51,471 bases of DNA, taken from contig NC_068984.1 in assembly GCF_001194135.2 (NCBI RefSeq), forward strand, positions 13,984,634 through 14,036,104. Reading direction: 5' to 3'. The stretch is from Octopus bimaculoides (taxonomy: Eukaryota). The notes beneath the pieces are model-generated. The model did not search any database, had not been told where the DNA came from, and was given only the letters and a program-made list of their open reading frames with translations. This document shows positions 1 through 11,690 of the stretch, piece by piece (within the stretch, counting starts at the first letter, position 1; each line of letters begins with the position of its first letter). The translations under genes and the position numbers were made by a program.

Positions 1-94
1 ATATATATATATATAATACAAATAATATGTGAGTATATGCATATATACGTACATGTATGTACATACCTACATTTACATGTATATATAGACGCAT

Positions 95-255
95 ATCTGG
101 GTACAGGACGTCACAAAAAAAAATGTGGACAAAATTAAAAACAGAACATAAACAGAACACAGAAAACAAACAAGCCACACAGAGAAAATTTCTTTCATCA
201 GCTGCCCCTATTCTAAACTAAGCGTGGAGAAAATGAAGAGTTGAAAGTTAACAAT
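95..255 (-). repeat. Short repeat family X (CTGATGA-containing), lying 3' of the Penelope-like ORF; probably its terminal repeat
   Basis: Minus strand reads ...tagtttagaataggggcagCTGATGAaag...gacgtcctgtaccc. The same sequence recurs at 29932-30115 and 30190-30335. Confidence 0.55.
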
Positions 256-339
256 TGTTTATTAGTAACATATTGGTAATCTTTACTTCTTACAGTCGCT
301 TCCATTAGTGCTCTATAGTTAAATTACAAATTTGTGCTT

Positions 340-1095
340 TAAATTTATCCATACGTAATTAACTATGCACGATTTATTAATATCTCTACGTGTCACAGCT
401 TTGCTATGTTCCTCTACCCTTATTTTGAGGGACGACATGTTTCACCTTGCCTAACCTAACACAGCTCCATAGAGTACACGCAGTCTTTGGTCATATTCTC
501 TTCTATTGGTGGTTTTACTCGAAGGATATATTTGCGAAATGTATTACTCTTGAATACTGTCCTGAAGTCATATAGGCCGCATATCTGTTGTATCCTTTCG
601 GAGAGGCCTTTCACATAGGGCAGACAGATTGTGGACACTTTATTGGTTTCATCCTCTCTCCTCATAATTGGAGTGGATAGTATATTTTTGGGGTAGTTGT
701 TGCTTAATAGATTGTTACTGAGCTTGACTATTTCTTCGTGATGGGCATCACGGTTGCTACTTATATTCTTTGCTCGATGTTTTAGGCACTGAGCAATCCC
801 TCTCTTTACTCTGTATGGATGGTGGGAATTGAAGTTGAGCTATCGTCCAGTGAAGGTCAGCTTGCGGTATACGGATGTCCTGAATCCATACTTTGTGCGT
901 CTTATTAATACGTCCAGGAATGCTAGCTGATTGTCTTTTACCTTTTCCATTGTGAACTGTATGGATGGCTTTATTGAGTTCACAAGATCTAACAGCGCTT
1001 GGACATCTTCCGGGTGAGGACAGATTATAAAGGTGTTATCAACATATCGCAGCTATAGGGTTGGTTTTAGTGGTGTTGATCCATAACTGCCAAGA
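340..1095 (-). mobile_element. Penelope-like retroelement remnant (RT C-terminal half, thumb and GIY-YIG endonuclease), inactivated
   Basis: Minus translation gives LRYVDNTFII (YVDD motif, D to N), QFTMEKVKDNQLAFLDVLI, SVYRKLTFTG, ICLPYVKGLSERI, then CVYS...GETCRP..IRVEEH (GIY-YIG). Stops and frameshifts are present. Confidence 0.85.
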
Positions 1096-1350
1096 GGCAT
1101 ATTGTGTAGTGCTTAAGAGCGAGGGTTACTAACCCCAAAATTCCGATTTCAAGTCCAGGCAATGACGAGAAGAAGAAGAAGAAGAAGAAGAAGAAGAAGA
1201 AGATCGAAAAATACCTTCGGAATGACAACCCAGGTTCGAAATTTCCCCCAGACACCTGATGAAGGCTGGAGGGTTTATCAGCCGAAACGTTGTGTTAACA
1301 ACGAACAAGAGAGGACAAACATCCGTCAAATGTAAATAATATAAATAATA
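1096..1350 (+). mobile_element. SINE-like element: tRNA-like head, (AAG)n linker, hammerhead-bearing body and AT-rich tail
   Basis: A-box-like TGTGTAGTGCTTAAG (1103-1117), anticodon-arm-like GGG-TTACTAA-CCC, B-box-like GATTTCAAGTCC (1145-1156), (AAG)n about 1168-1203, hammerhead core at 1251-1296, tail of TAAATAAT repeats. Confidence 0.65.
1251..1296 (+). ncRNA. Minimal type I hammerhead ribozyme motif
   Basis: Stem I GACAC/GTGTT, core CTGATGA (1256-1262) plus an extra A, stem II GGCTG/CAGCC, GAAA (1284-1287), palindromic loopless stem III (AACGTT), NUH triplet GUU (1289-1291). Confidence 0.7.
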
Positions 1351-1358
1351 TATACGTG

Positions 1359-1392
<34 letters not shown>

Positions 1393-1922
1393 GAACTGAC
1401 TTCCACACATTTTCTGTTTACCAACTTCAGTCACAAGGTATTACCCGACCTGGAACCATAGTAAATGTCACTTGCCCAAAGCGTCACCCATCGGAGCAGA
1501 ATTTGAAACTATGTATTTACAAAACGAACTTCTCAACTACAAACGTAATCCTCATTCACGGTTTCCACCTAAATAATTAAACACTCTATTTCTTGCAAAT
1601 GTACACTGTAATTTCTGTTATTCTACAATTTTATAACCTTGTTGCGTCAATCTCACCACTACAGTAATAAAAACGACCACACCCTTTTATATATTCCAAT
1701 ACATATTAACCTTTATACATAAATAATAAGAACTCAATACAGATTAATAGATAATAGGTCTTCTTTCTGTCATTAATCATAAGAGGGAATCATTAAAAAT
1801 GTCGATAACGTTTTCGCTCAAGCATTTCTGTCATGTATTTTATATTTGCCAATGAATGTATTTATGTGAATGCGGTAGGTAGCTATATGGATATGTAGGT
1901 GAGTATATATGTACATATATAG

Positions 1923-1983
<61 letters not shown>

Positions 1984-3504
1984 CATGTCATTATGTAAGT
2001 ATGCATGTACGAACTTATAAATATATGTACGCAAGTATATAAAAAATAACAGCATGTTCACGGTACGAACGTCTTTGATCATCGGTCTACTCCATCAGAG
2101 CTAATGCGGAGCTGATCGGCATATAGCTTTACATCCAGGAACGCAAACAAATACACAAAATTACAAACACGCGCAAACTCCTCATACACATAGGATGGTT
2201 TGTGTGCCTATCAGTTTGGCTGTCTAATTATCTGTCGATCAGTTTTTCTGTCAAAATATGTGTGTGTATATAATGAGAGAGAGGGGAGAGGAGAGAGTGA
2301 GAGAAAGAGATGAAAATGGAAATAGGTAAGCAAACAAGGATTTCCGCGTATGTATGAATGTGCACGCATATACATGCATTTGTGTGTATGCGTGTGTGCT
2401 CGCGCGCATGTGTGTGTGCATGATTNNNNNNNNNNNNNNNNNNNNNNNNNNNNNNNNNNNNNNNNNNNNNNNNNNNNNNNNNNNNNNNNNNNNNNNNNNN
2501 NNNNNNNNNNNNNNNNNNNNNNNNNNNNNNNNNNNNNNNNNNNNNNNNNNNNNNNNNNNNNNNNNNNNNNNNNNNNNNNNNNNNNNNNNNNNNNNNNNNN
2601 NNNNNNNNNNNNNNNNNNNNNNNNNNNNNNNNNNNNNNNNNNNNNNNNNNNNNNNNNNNNNNNNNNNNNNNNNNNNNNNNNNNNNNNNNNNNNNNNNNNN
2701 NNNNNNNNNNNNNNNNNNNNNNNNNNNNNNNNNNNNNNNNNNNNNNNNNNNNNNNNNNNNNNNNNNNNNNNNNNNNNNNNNNNNNNNNNNNNNNNNNNNN
2801 NNNNNNNNNNNNNNNNNNNNNNNNNNNNNNNNNNNNNNNNNNNNNNNNNNNNNNNNNNNNNNNNNNNNNNNNNNNNNNNNNNNNNNNNNNNNNNNNNNNN
2901 NNNNNNNNNNNNNNNNNNNNNNNNNNNNNNNNNNNNNNNNNNNNNNNNNNNNNNNNNNNNNNNNNNNNNNNNNNNNNNNNNNNNNNNNNNNNNNNNNNNN
3001 NNNNNNNNNNNNNNNNNNNNNNNNNNNNNNNNNNNNNNNNNNNNNNNNNNNNNNNNNNNNNNNNNNNNNNNNNNNNNNNNNNNNNNNNNNNNNNNNNNNN
3101 NNNNNNNNNNNNNNNNNNNNNNNNNNNNNNNNNNNNNNNNNNNNNNNNNNNNNNNNNNNNNNNNNNNNNNNNNNNNNNNTATATATATATATATGCATAT
3201 ACACATATACACGCATACCTACATGCATACATATATATACATACACGCACAGGCAGTGTCATGTATAGCGTTTAACATAACTGAACGTATATCATTGAGT
3301 GAATAAAGGATCATCTGATATAGATTTCAGAACGAAATATGCCATATGATATCAAATATATCAAAATAAACAACTGTATGCACACACAGATGCGCATATA
3401 TGTGCATGTAAGTATGTTTGTATATATATATATATGTATGCATGCACGTCTGTAGTTGTGCATGTATTCATGTATTTATAATAGATACACGTATGCTACT
3501 TTAC

Positions 3505-4030
3505 ATGACAGATCTTAAGTCATGCCAAATACATTGAACAGCATGTTGATCTTTATCAAGTGTTTATTGATCTTAGAGACGCCTTTGACACGGTTAATAC
3601 GAAAACACTCTGGATTCTATTTGGAAAGGTTGGTTGGCCACCGCAATTTGTTGACATTTAAAAACAGTTCCATCAGTTCTATGACGATGCACATTCATGG
3701 AAAAATTTCATTGGTGAACTCCTATCTTTGCTGTTGTGGAATGAAGCGAGAGGGGACTTTTACCCAACTGTTTCCAATCTATTTCTGTGTCTCTCGTATC
3801 ATTAATGACAGGGTTTCTAACGTTTGCGATATTGGAATATGGCATAGTCATCGTATAACTGGTAATTTTTCGTCTTTCGATGGCTTTTTTTTTTCTTTTC
3901 TTTTGCTTTGTTTCTCACTTGTTAATACACCTCAAGCAAAGTTCTCGTTTGCTACAAATTCAAAGATTACCTTCTTTGTCGGAGATTGTGAAAGGTCTGC
4001 AAATTCTGAAAGGGGTCGCCTGAAATTTAT
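3505..4030 (+). mobile_element. RTE-clade LINE reverse transcriptase remnant
   Basis: Frames give LYQVFIDLRDAFDTVNTKTLW..GWPPQF (cf. FIDLTKAFDTV..LW..GCP), CGMKREG (cf. GVKQG) and TFFVGDCERSANSE (cf. LLFADDCALVAHSE). Frameshifted. Confidence 0.75.
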
Positions 4031-4661
4031 GGCGCGAATTAGGTATATATATATATATATATATATATNNNNNNNNNNNNNNNNNNNNNNNNNNNNNNNN
4101 NNNNNNNNNNNNNNNNNNNNNNNNNNNNNNNNNNNNNNNNNNNNNNNNNNNNNNNNNNNNNNNNNNNNNNNNNNNNNNNNNNNNNNNNNNNNNNNNNNNN
4201 NNNNNNNNNNNNNNNNNNTATATATGCATACATATAGAGAGACATGCATACATGCAGACAGACAGATAGTTTTATATAATCGTCTTAACTATAATCAATG
4301 TGCTAATTGATTTCCAAAGAATTGCATTGGCTCCACAAATGAGACTGCAAAGAACTAACTCAAACGAATCCAGCAATTCAAGACTGATATATAAGAATGC
4401 ATATGAACTTACAAAATATCGATAATATACAATACAATTCAAAGTAAATCCGAAACCAAATCTAAGAAGAAAAAGATCCCATAAAATGTAAACAATATCT
4501 GCAAGGGATAGCAGACAAAAACCAACGGCACCTGGTTACACTTTGAACAACAACAATTAAATTGAATAGAGTATGATAATACAAAACGTAACTTCACCGT
4601 GACCTAGCAGATTCTATAATTTAGTGCTATTAAATTTTGACGGAAACACATATCTACGTTA

Positions 4662-4790
4662 TATGTGGCTGCGTGGTAAGAAGCTTGCTTCAGAAACACA
4701 TAGTTCCGGGTCCAAGGCACACATGGTTCCGGGTCCAAGGCACACATAGTTCCGGGTCCAAAATTGAAAGAAGCCCGTTGTGTATGTATG
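4662..4790 (+). mobile_element. SINE family A, 5' fragment with an internal tandem triplication
   Basis: Head gtggctgcgtggtaagaagcttgctt matches the full copies. CACATRGTTCCGGGTCCAA occurs three times at about 22-bp spacing. Confidence 0.75.
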
Positions 4791-4867
4791 TATCAACAAC
4801 AACGCCAAGCAATAAAGAGGTATAAAGGAAGTTTAATTCAGTTAAAATATGTTTGGGACATATCTAA

Positions 4868-5620
4868 ATGTCTAAAGACAAACTCACTGCAGTTGTAAAA
4901 ATACATTTTCTCCCTAGTGCTTCCCTCTAGCGGATTCTCAGACCTTCGTTTCTGACTTTTAGCCATCTTCAATGGGAAATAACGAAGTCAGATAACCCTG
5001 AGCAGATTCAAAGCTGTAGTTTTATCTAAAAATGATCAATTTCATTGACTGAGCTGCGCTTGTAGACCGCTAGGTCGGAATAAATATAGCAACATCAGTG
5101 CCAAGCAGTGAAGGAGTATAAACAAATCTTTACTTTAGTTCGTAATATCTTTTAAATTCTAAAGGCAATCTAACTGCAGTTGCCGTAGATTAAAAAAAAA
5201 TCACCCTTGTGGTAAAAGATGGAAAAACCAAGTGCTTTCCTCGAGCCGATCCCCAGACGCGTTTCTCGCCTTCTAGCCACCTTCAATGGGAACTACCCAA
5301 GAGAGATAACTCTGCGGAGATTCAAAGCAGTAGCTTTAACAGAACTAAATAAATAAGTACCAGAGACTGCGCTGTCACCAGACGGATTTAAGAGCGCAGC
5401 TCAGTCAATGAACTTGATTGTTCTCAGGTAAAGTTACGGCTTTGAATCTACGCAGGCTTANNNNNNNNNNTATCTCTCTTGAGTGTTTCTCATTGAGGAA
5501 GGCTAAAGATCGCAAAACGGGCGCCTGAGAAGCCCCTAGCTGGCCAGATATAGTATTTTTACTCCTTTTGCCATAAGACAGATTCTGATTTTTAACTGCA
5601 TGCAATTTGCCTTTCGAAGT
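4868..5620. repeat. Three diverged copies of a ~200-bp unit (two direct, one inverted)
   Basis: AGATTCAAAGC at 5004 and 5318 and its reverse complement at 5439. The 18-mer at 5043-5060 is the exact reverse complement of 5393-5410. Confidence 0.75.
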
Positions 5621-5666
5621 TAAAATAAAACACAAGAATATTTTACTTAACGTAAAGTTCACGTGC

Positions 5667-5710
<44 letters not shown>

Positions 5711-6404
5711 CTGGGTGTTTGTGCGTATACATATAGATATATGTATATACCCGCAAATATGCACATACACATGCATATACATGCGCACACATGTTTATAT
5801 AATTGTCTGCTTGTGTTTGTAAGTGTCTAGATGGGATTTTGTGAGTGTGTGTGTGTGTGTGTGCTCACGTGCGCATGTGCAAGGTATTTTGAACGTGCGT
5901 ATATAAACTTGTTTAAATATCTGAATCTTTCGGGGGCACAATGGCATGTTTTGAAAAGAAAATGGTGTCTCTCGCAGTGAGAACCAAAGAACTGCTGACA
6001 ATATTTTCAGGAGTCAGCATCCGTGAAATTACAATCAATTTTGAAAATATAAACGTAAGGCGTGTTGCTAAATACCGTAAAATATTTTAATGAACATTCC
6101 ACCACTTTTGTCAACGTAAGACATTTGAATGAAGGAGAAATCCACTTTATGGTCACCCAGCCTGCTAGAAATAGCAATATAATCTCTCGGTAATCATATC
6201 TTACGGTATTATAGAAGGTAAGCTATAGAGGATAATATAGTTTATATATACTATCATTAAAAATGTTTGAAACAAAAGACACATGTTTTTTTCTGCTATC
6301 AAGGTAACCACTGGATCGTCAATCAACGTATTAGAAATATCAGTCAGATATCCAACAGATATCTGACTGTTATCTTCAAAATCAGAAACGTTGCATATAG
6401 GCGC

Positions 6405-6562
6405 AGAAGTGGCTGTGTGGCAAGTAGCTTGCTTACCAACCACATAGTTCCGGGTTCAGGCCCACTGCGTGGCACTTTGGGCAAGTGTCTCCTACTATAG
6501 CCTCGGGCCGTCCAAAGCCTTGTCAGTGGATTTGGTAAACGGAAACTGAAAGAAGCCCGTCG

Positions 6563-6593
<31 letters not shown>

Positions 6594-6601
6594 GTATGTG
6601 T

Positions 6602-6638
<37 letters not shown>

Positions 6639-6850
6639 NNNNNNNNNNTTTGTGTTTCTGCTTGTCCCCCGAACATCACTTGACAAACGATGCTCGCGTG
6701 TTCACGTTCCTGTAAATTAGCGGTTCAGCAAAAGAGACCGATAGAATAAGTACAAGGTTTACAAAGAATAAGTCCTGGAGTCGATTTGCTCGATTAAAAG
6801 GCGGTGCTCCCGCATGGCCCCAGTCAAACGACTGAAACAAGTATAAAAGT
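6405..6850 (+). mobile_element. SINE family A (tRNA head, CORE-like segment, internal TA/TG microsatellite, 3' body), full length
   Basis: A/B-box head, then CORE-like ttgggcaagtgtct, then a body ending gactgaaacaagtataaaag. Near-identical to copies at 9470 and 19893. Confidence 0.85.
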
Positions 6851-6965
6851 ATAAGGGAGTATTTGGATACTATAGTCAAAGATAAATATTGTCTTAGAAG
6901 ACGGAATAGTCACAGTTGAAACACATTTGATCATAGGCCTGTTTGATAAAAACTGACATGGGTCT

Positions 6966-6999
6966 ATTATTATATAGACCCATGGGTCTATATAATAAT
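6966..6999. repeat. Perfect 34-bp loopless palindrome
   Basis: ATTATTATATAGACCCATGGGTCTATATAATAAT is its own reverse complement. Confidence 0.95.
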
Positions 7000-7299
7000 T
7001 ACAATAAACACTTTATATCCTTGTATATGTTAGAGAGAGTTTATGTATACATACATATGTGTGTGTGTTTGTGTACATGTATTTATGTGTGTATGTACAT
7101 GTAGTAAGACGCACATACATACACACATACACACCTACGTGTGCTTATCGGCATGAATTGAATTATGCATATAAAATGTGTGTATGCGAATGAACAAGCG
7201 TGTGCCTGTAATCATGGGAATATGCTTCTATGTATCCGTACGGAGATACTATTAAAACATAATCACACACACACACGAGCACAAGAATATATGATTGAA

Positions 7300-7700
7300 A
7301 ATTCACTAATTTGCAAATTATATTCCATGCTGTAAAAGAGTTATCCAAGCAGTTCATTGTGTCTGCTGGCTCTTCTTCTGGAACTGACATTTCTATAGTT
7401 CTTGTGCCTTTAAAACGTAGATTCCTTCAATATCGGTTTTTCCGTATTTTTTTTCTTCTTCTTGAACTAGTTACCCTATTGGCGCATCCATTTGCTATGC
7501 TATTCTACATACTGTAATCATGTACAATGATATTGTATCAATAGGATTTTATCCTTTTTTTTTATTTCGTCAATTCTTTCTTCCATCTTTCAATATATTT
7601 ATCCTCTTCATTCACCGCTTCTTTCTTCCGCTTGCCTAATCATTCTCCTTGTCACTTCTCTCATCCTTCTCCTCTCTTGTTTAATAAGAATCCAACAGTT
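7300..7700 (-). mobile_element. Possible decayed retroelement ORF fragment
   Basis: Purine-rich minus strand with the peptide RNLRFKGTRTIEMSVPEE. Resemblance only. Confidence 0.25.
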
Positions 7701-7881
7701 TTATTGTGCTCTTCTTATATATGTATTTTTAATTTTTTTCCGCAGTGTCTTTATCATTTTTCTGCTCTGAAATCCCGTCGTTAACGGCTGAGGTCAAAAT
7801 CCTCCATTATAAACCATTCAATAGAAAATATTCAATCAATTTTACATACCGGTGACGAATTTATTTAATTTTAGTTCACTT

Positions 7882-7882
7882 C

Positions 7883-7924
<42 letters not shown>
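7882..7924. repeat. (TAT)n microsatellite
   Basis: Direct reading of the sequence. Confidence 0.9.
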
Positions 7925-7925
<1 letters not shown>

Positions 7926-8479
7926 TCACACATTTTTCTTTTACTATTTTTATTAGTTTATAACCAAAGAATTACTTCTTTGTTAACTCAGTTAACATTT
8001 GAATATTAAGGAAATTTAAAGCAAAGTGAAAATTTTGCTTAGACTGAAAAATGTATATGATGGCGGCTATAAAAAATGATAAACACAGCTGGCATGTGTG
8101 CATCAGCAGTAACTGACTATGGCTGACGTGAAGCTTTCTGGGGAGTTGTCATTAGCAGATCTGAGCATTATAACCATTGCGAACATCTACGCAACATAAT
8201 CTGCATGTGTGTATTTAAGCAGCAGAATTTTATCTTCAACATTCTCACCGACACCACTGAAGCATTTGTAAATTTTAAATGAAATAACTTCGTCTCGAAT
8301 ATCTTTCGAGTTCTGTACATTATACGAAATGTACCTACCACTGGTTTTACGCCGAATTATAAATGAAACATGGTTCAATTCAAAAATATTAATATTATAT
8401 ACACTTCATTGGTAACGGGTGGTCAATAACATTGTAATTTATTTTAAGTATGTGTTTGAAAATATTTTATCATATTCTA

Positions 8480-9055
8480 AAAGAACTGACGAGAAAAACA
8501 CGTAGCTCAAACCATTGTAACCGAAATGAAATCCCAGACTGCATGCAGTATTATTGGATGTTAAAAACTGTTTTTCAATTTCGCAAAAGCCAAAGCAATG
8601 CGTGTTATAAGCAATAAGACGAGTATATTGTTTGCAATTTTACCTTGTGTTTTGCTATTTTAATATTTCGGGGTTAGGACCTCTTCTTCAAGAAATCTTT
8701 GGAAATTTGTTGTTGCGAGTTGAGTATTGTGTTTCGTACTATGTATGTATGGAGGGTTTTTTTTTGCATGTGCAGGACAGTATTGGTATAGTATCTAATG
8801 ATCTTAGTGTGGCTCGCGTCTGTTGTTAACATGCGGTTTGGTCATGTTAATGATGATTATATCTTTTATTCTCAGGTTAGCAATGTTTCTTTCTGTAGCG
8901 TCAATGGAAAACTGGATTTCCGTAGTTGCCTTTTGACAAAAGACGTATAAGCATAGAAGGGTTCTGTAATTCGTAAGTAAACTCTTGTGATGGAATTTTC
9001 GATGTAAGATTTATTGCATTTTCTAAACTTGATTTCATACACTACATAGGACAAC
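8480..9055 (-). mobile_element. Second Penelope-like remnant (GIY-YIG plus 3' region with a degenerate hammerhead)
   Basis: YVVYEIKFRKCNKSYIEN..RVYLRITE matches the VVY-x-C-x2-C-x-YIG pattern. Downstream on the minus strand is tTGAAGA-A-GAGG-tcctaa-CCCC-GAAA (8661-8693). Confidence 0.6.
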
Positions 9056-9059
9056 AGAC

Positions 9060-9292
9060 ATATTTATTTCTTTATTGCCCACAGGGGACTAAACATAGAG
9101 AGGAAAAACAAGGACAGAAAAAGGGATTAAGTCGATTACATCGACGCCAGTGCGTAACTGACACTTATTTCATCGACACCGAAAGGATGAAAGGAAAAGT
9201 CGACCTCAGCGGAATTTGAACTCAGAATGTAACGGCAGACGAAATACCGCTAAGCATTTCACTCGGCGTGCTGACGCTTCTGCCAGCTGGCC
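9060..9292 (-). mobile_element. SINE family B (tRNA head, Meta-like central domain, tail type 1)
   Basis: Sense strand gagctggcagaa..gaaatgcttagcggtatttc..gagttcaaattcc..gtcgactttgcctttcatcctttcggggtcgat. Confidence 0.9.
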
Positions 9293-9469
9293 GACACCAG
9301 ACGTATATTGTCAACGTTGATCGGGTAGTTGGGCAATGCCTTGTCTTGTGTTGGTCCGTTTTCAGTTTAAGGATCTCTACAGCCGTATATTGAATTCCTT
9401 CCAACGGATCTCATGGGGTCATGCAGCAGTTGTTTACTCGTAAAAATATGACATTTTAAAAATAAAACT

Positions 9470-9870
9470 AATGTGTGGTAAGTAGCTTGCTTACTAACCA
9501 CATGGTTCCGGGTTCAATCCCACTGCGTGGCACCTTGGGCAAGTGTCTTCTACTATAGCCTCGGGCCGACCAAAGCCTAGTGGGTTGATTTGGTAGACGA
9601 AAACTGAAAGAAGCCCGTCGTATATATGTATATATGTGTATGTATGTATGTATGTGTATATGTTTGTGTGTCTGTGTTTGTCCCCCCAGCTTCGCTTGAC
9701 GACCGATGCTGGTGTGTTTGCATCCCCGTAACTTGGCGGTTCGGCAAAAAGAGAACGATAGAATAAGTACTAGACTTACAAAGAATAAGTCCTGGGGTCG
9801 AGTTGCTCGACTAAAGGCGGTGCCCCAGCATGGCCGCAGTCAAATGACTGAAACAAGTAAAAGAGAGTAA
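9470..9870 (+). mobile_element. SINE family A, full length
   Basis: Collinear with 6405-6850 and 19893-20300. Confidence 0.9.
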
Positions 9871-10267
9871 AGAGTAATCCGTACAGGTGTTGGTTTTGTT
9901 TGATGGTTTGGTGATGACGTGGAATTTGGAGAAAGAACCTCGATCGCCTTTATCTATAAATACTGTTTGAAGTTGTACGGAACTTGTGTGTTTCCTTCCT
10001 GCCCCGTTACCGTTATTGCGCATCCTGTAGATTTAGACTCATGTCTTAGACTTGATGGGTAGGAATGAAATCATCCTGCACAGATAAGTCCCTGCAGATC
10101 CGCTTTCTGTGCCTTTGACCTCACAAAAAAGTATTCTATTCCTGAAATATCAAAAACAAGATAAAAATACAAATCACCGACTTGAATTCTTTCTCATAGG
10201 CTGCACTGTTTTGACCTTTTAAGACAATATATTTGGGGTTTATGTGTCTGTGTGTCTGCGTCAGTAG

Positions 10268-10580
10268 CCGCAGGCGTGGCTGCGTGGTAATTATCTTGCT
10301 TCACAACCACATTGTCCTGGGTTCTGTCCCACTGTGCAGTGCCTTGCGCAGCTATCTTCTACTATAGCATTGAACCTACCTCAGACTTGTAAGTGGACTT
10401 GGAAGACGGAAACTGAAAGAACACCGTTGTATACATATATGTATGTATGTATGTATTTATGTGCGTATGTATCTTTGTGTCCCCTACCGTTGCTTCACAA
10501 TCGATGTTGGCGCGTTTACGTCCCAGTAACATAAGAGTTCGGGATAAGAGACGATAGGATATGTACTACATAGAATAAGT
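10268..10580 (+). mobile_element. SINE family A, diverged
   Basis: Head ggcgtggctgcgtggtaa and body gacggaaactgaaagaa are recognisable. Confidence 0.7.
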
Positions 10581-10621
10581 ACATAGAATAAGTACATACA
10601 TACATACATACATACATCCTA

Positions 10622-10945
10622 ATCTTGAGAAATTAGGCTTCTCAAACCAGAAAGGAGAAAGCTAATTCGAAGATTAAACAACCAATCCATCACTGTAACG
10701 GTAAAAATCTGTAAAACCTTCCAGAAGTTTATCATTTATATATATATGAGCATGTCTAGATATGCAACTATATACATGAGAGTACATACAAATCTTCACA
10801 CATACATATATACATGCATACATAGAAAGCAAAATACCCTGTTATTGATATAGAAATTCCAATAAAGGACCCTTGGATCTAGGTTAAAAGCCAGCTCTCT
10901 CTCCATTGACAAGAAATCTTGAAATACAACTGAACAATAACATAC
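10622..10945 (+). mobile_element. 3' end of an REL-type (R4/Dong-like) LINE plus 3' UTR
   Basis: ccagaaaggagaaagctaattcgaaga...ttccagaagtttatcatt is shared with 41610-41990. The UTR part is shared with 13690-13840. Confidence 0.6.
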
Positions 10946-11089
10946 ATACATACATACATACGTACATCTAATGCTATTATATTTTGACTATGTTCAGTTA
11001 CATATTTTCCAAAGTGCGTTCATTTCCAACATACTATCATCTGTATATCGCATATAAATAATCCTCACACATACCTGTCTTTTAATATA

Positions 11090-11690
11090 GTTTTTTACTC
11101 GAGGCACAAGGCCTGAAATTTTCGGGAAGGAGGAGCCAGTCGATTACATCAACACAAGTACGCAACTGGTACTTAATTTATTAACCTCGAAATGATATAC
11201 GGCAAAGTTGACCTCGGTGGAATTTGAACTCAGAACGTAAAAACAGACGAAATACATCTAAGCATTTCGCTCGGCGTGCTAACGTTTCTGGCAGCTCACC
11301 GCCTTTACTTTTGTACCCTAGGCACAAGGCCCGAAATTTTGGGGGATAGGGCCATTCAATTAGATTTTATTCCAGTATGCAACTGGTACTTAAGGATGAA
11401 AGGCAAAGTCGACCTCAGCGGAATTTGAACTCAGAAAGTAACGGCAGACGAAATGCCTATTTCTTTACTGCCCACACGGGGCTACACACAGAGGGGACAA
11501 ACAAGGACAGACAAACGGATTAAGTCGATTATATCGACCCCAGTGCGTAACTGGTACTTAATTTATCGACCCCGAAAGGATGAAAGGCAAAGTCGACCTC
11601 GGCGGAATTTGAACTCAGAACGTAACAGCAGATGAAATACCGCTAAGCATTTCGCTCGGCGTGCTACCATTTCTGCCAGCTCGCCGCCCT
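11090..11690 (-). mobile_element. SINE family B cluster: one monomer plus a dimer joined at about 11457
   Basis: Three gaatttgaactcagaa cores. Junction reads gacgaaatgcc|tatttcttt. Confidence 0.85.

Noticed and set aside
1096-1160. Functional tRNA genes (this head and the SINE A, B and D heads)
   Set aside because: Acceptor stems are incomplete and the heads run into SINE bodies with no T-run terminator.
2211-3306. Long ORFs of 300-465 aa in the track (also 15273-16198, 44326-45723, 45902-47170)
   Set aside because: They are open only because they run through N-gaps and (TA)/(CA) microsatellites (X, YI, HT, CV runs).
9880-10141. Minus-strand exon after a strong acceptor at 10142 (NRILFCEVKGTESGSAGTYLCRM...)
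   Set aside because: All frames stop within 34 codons, and there is no donor or recognisable homology. It could still be a terminal or noncoding exon.
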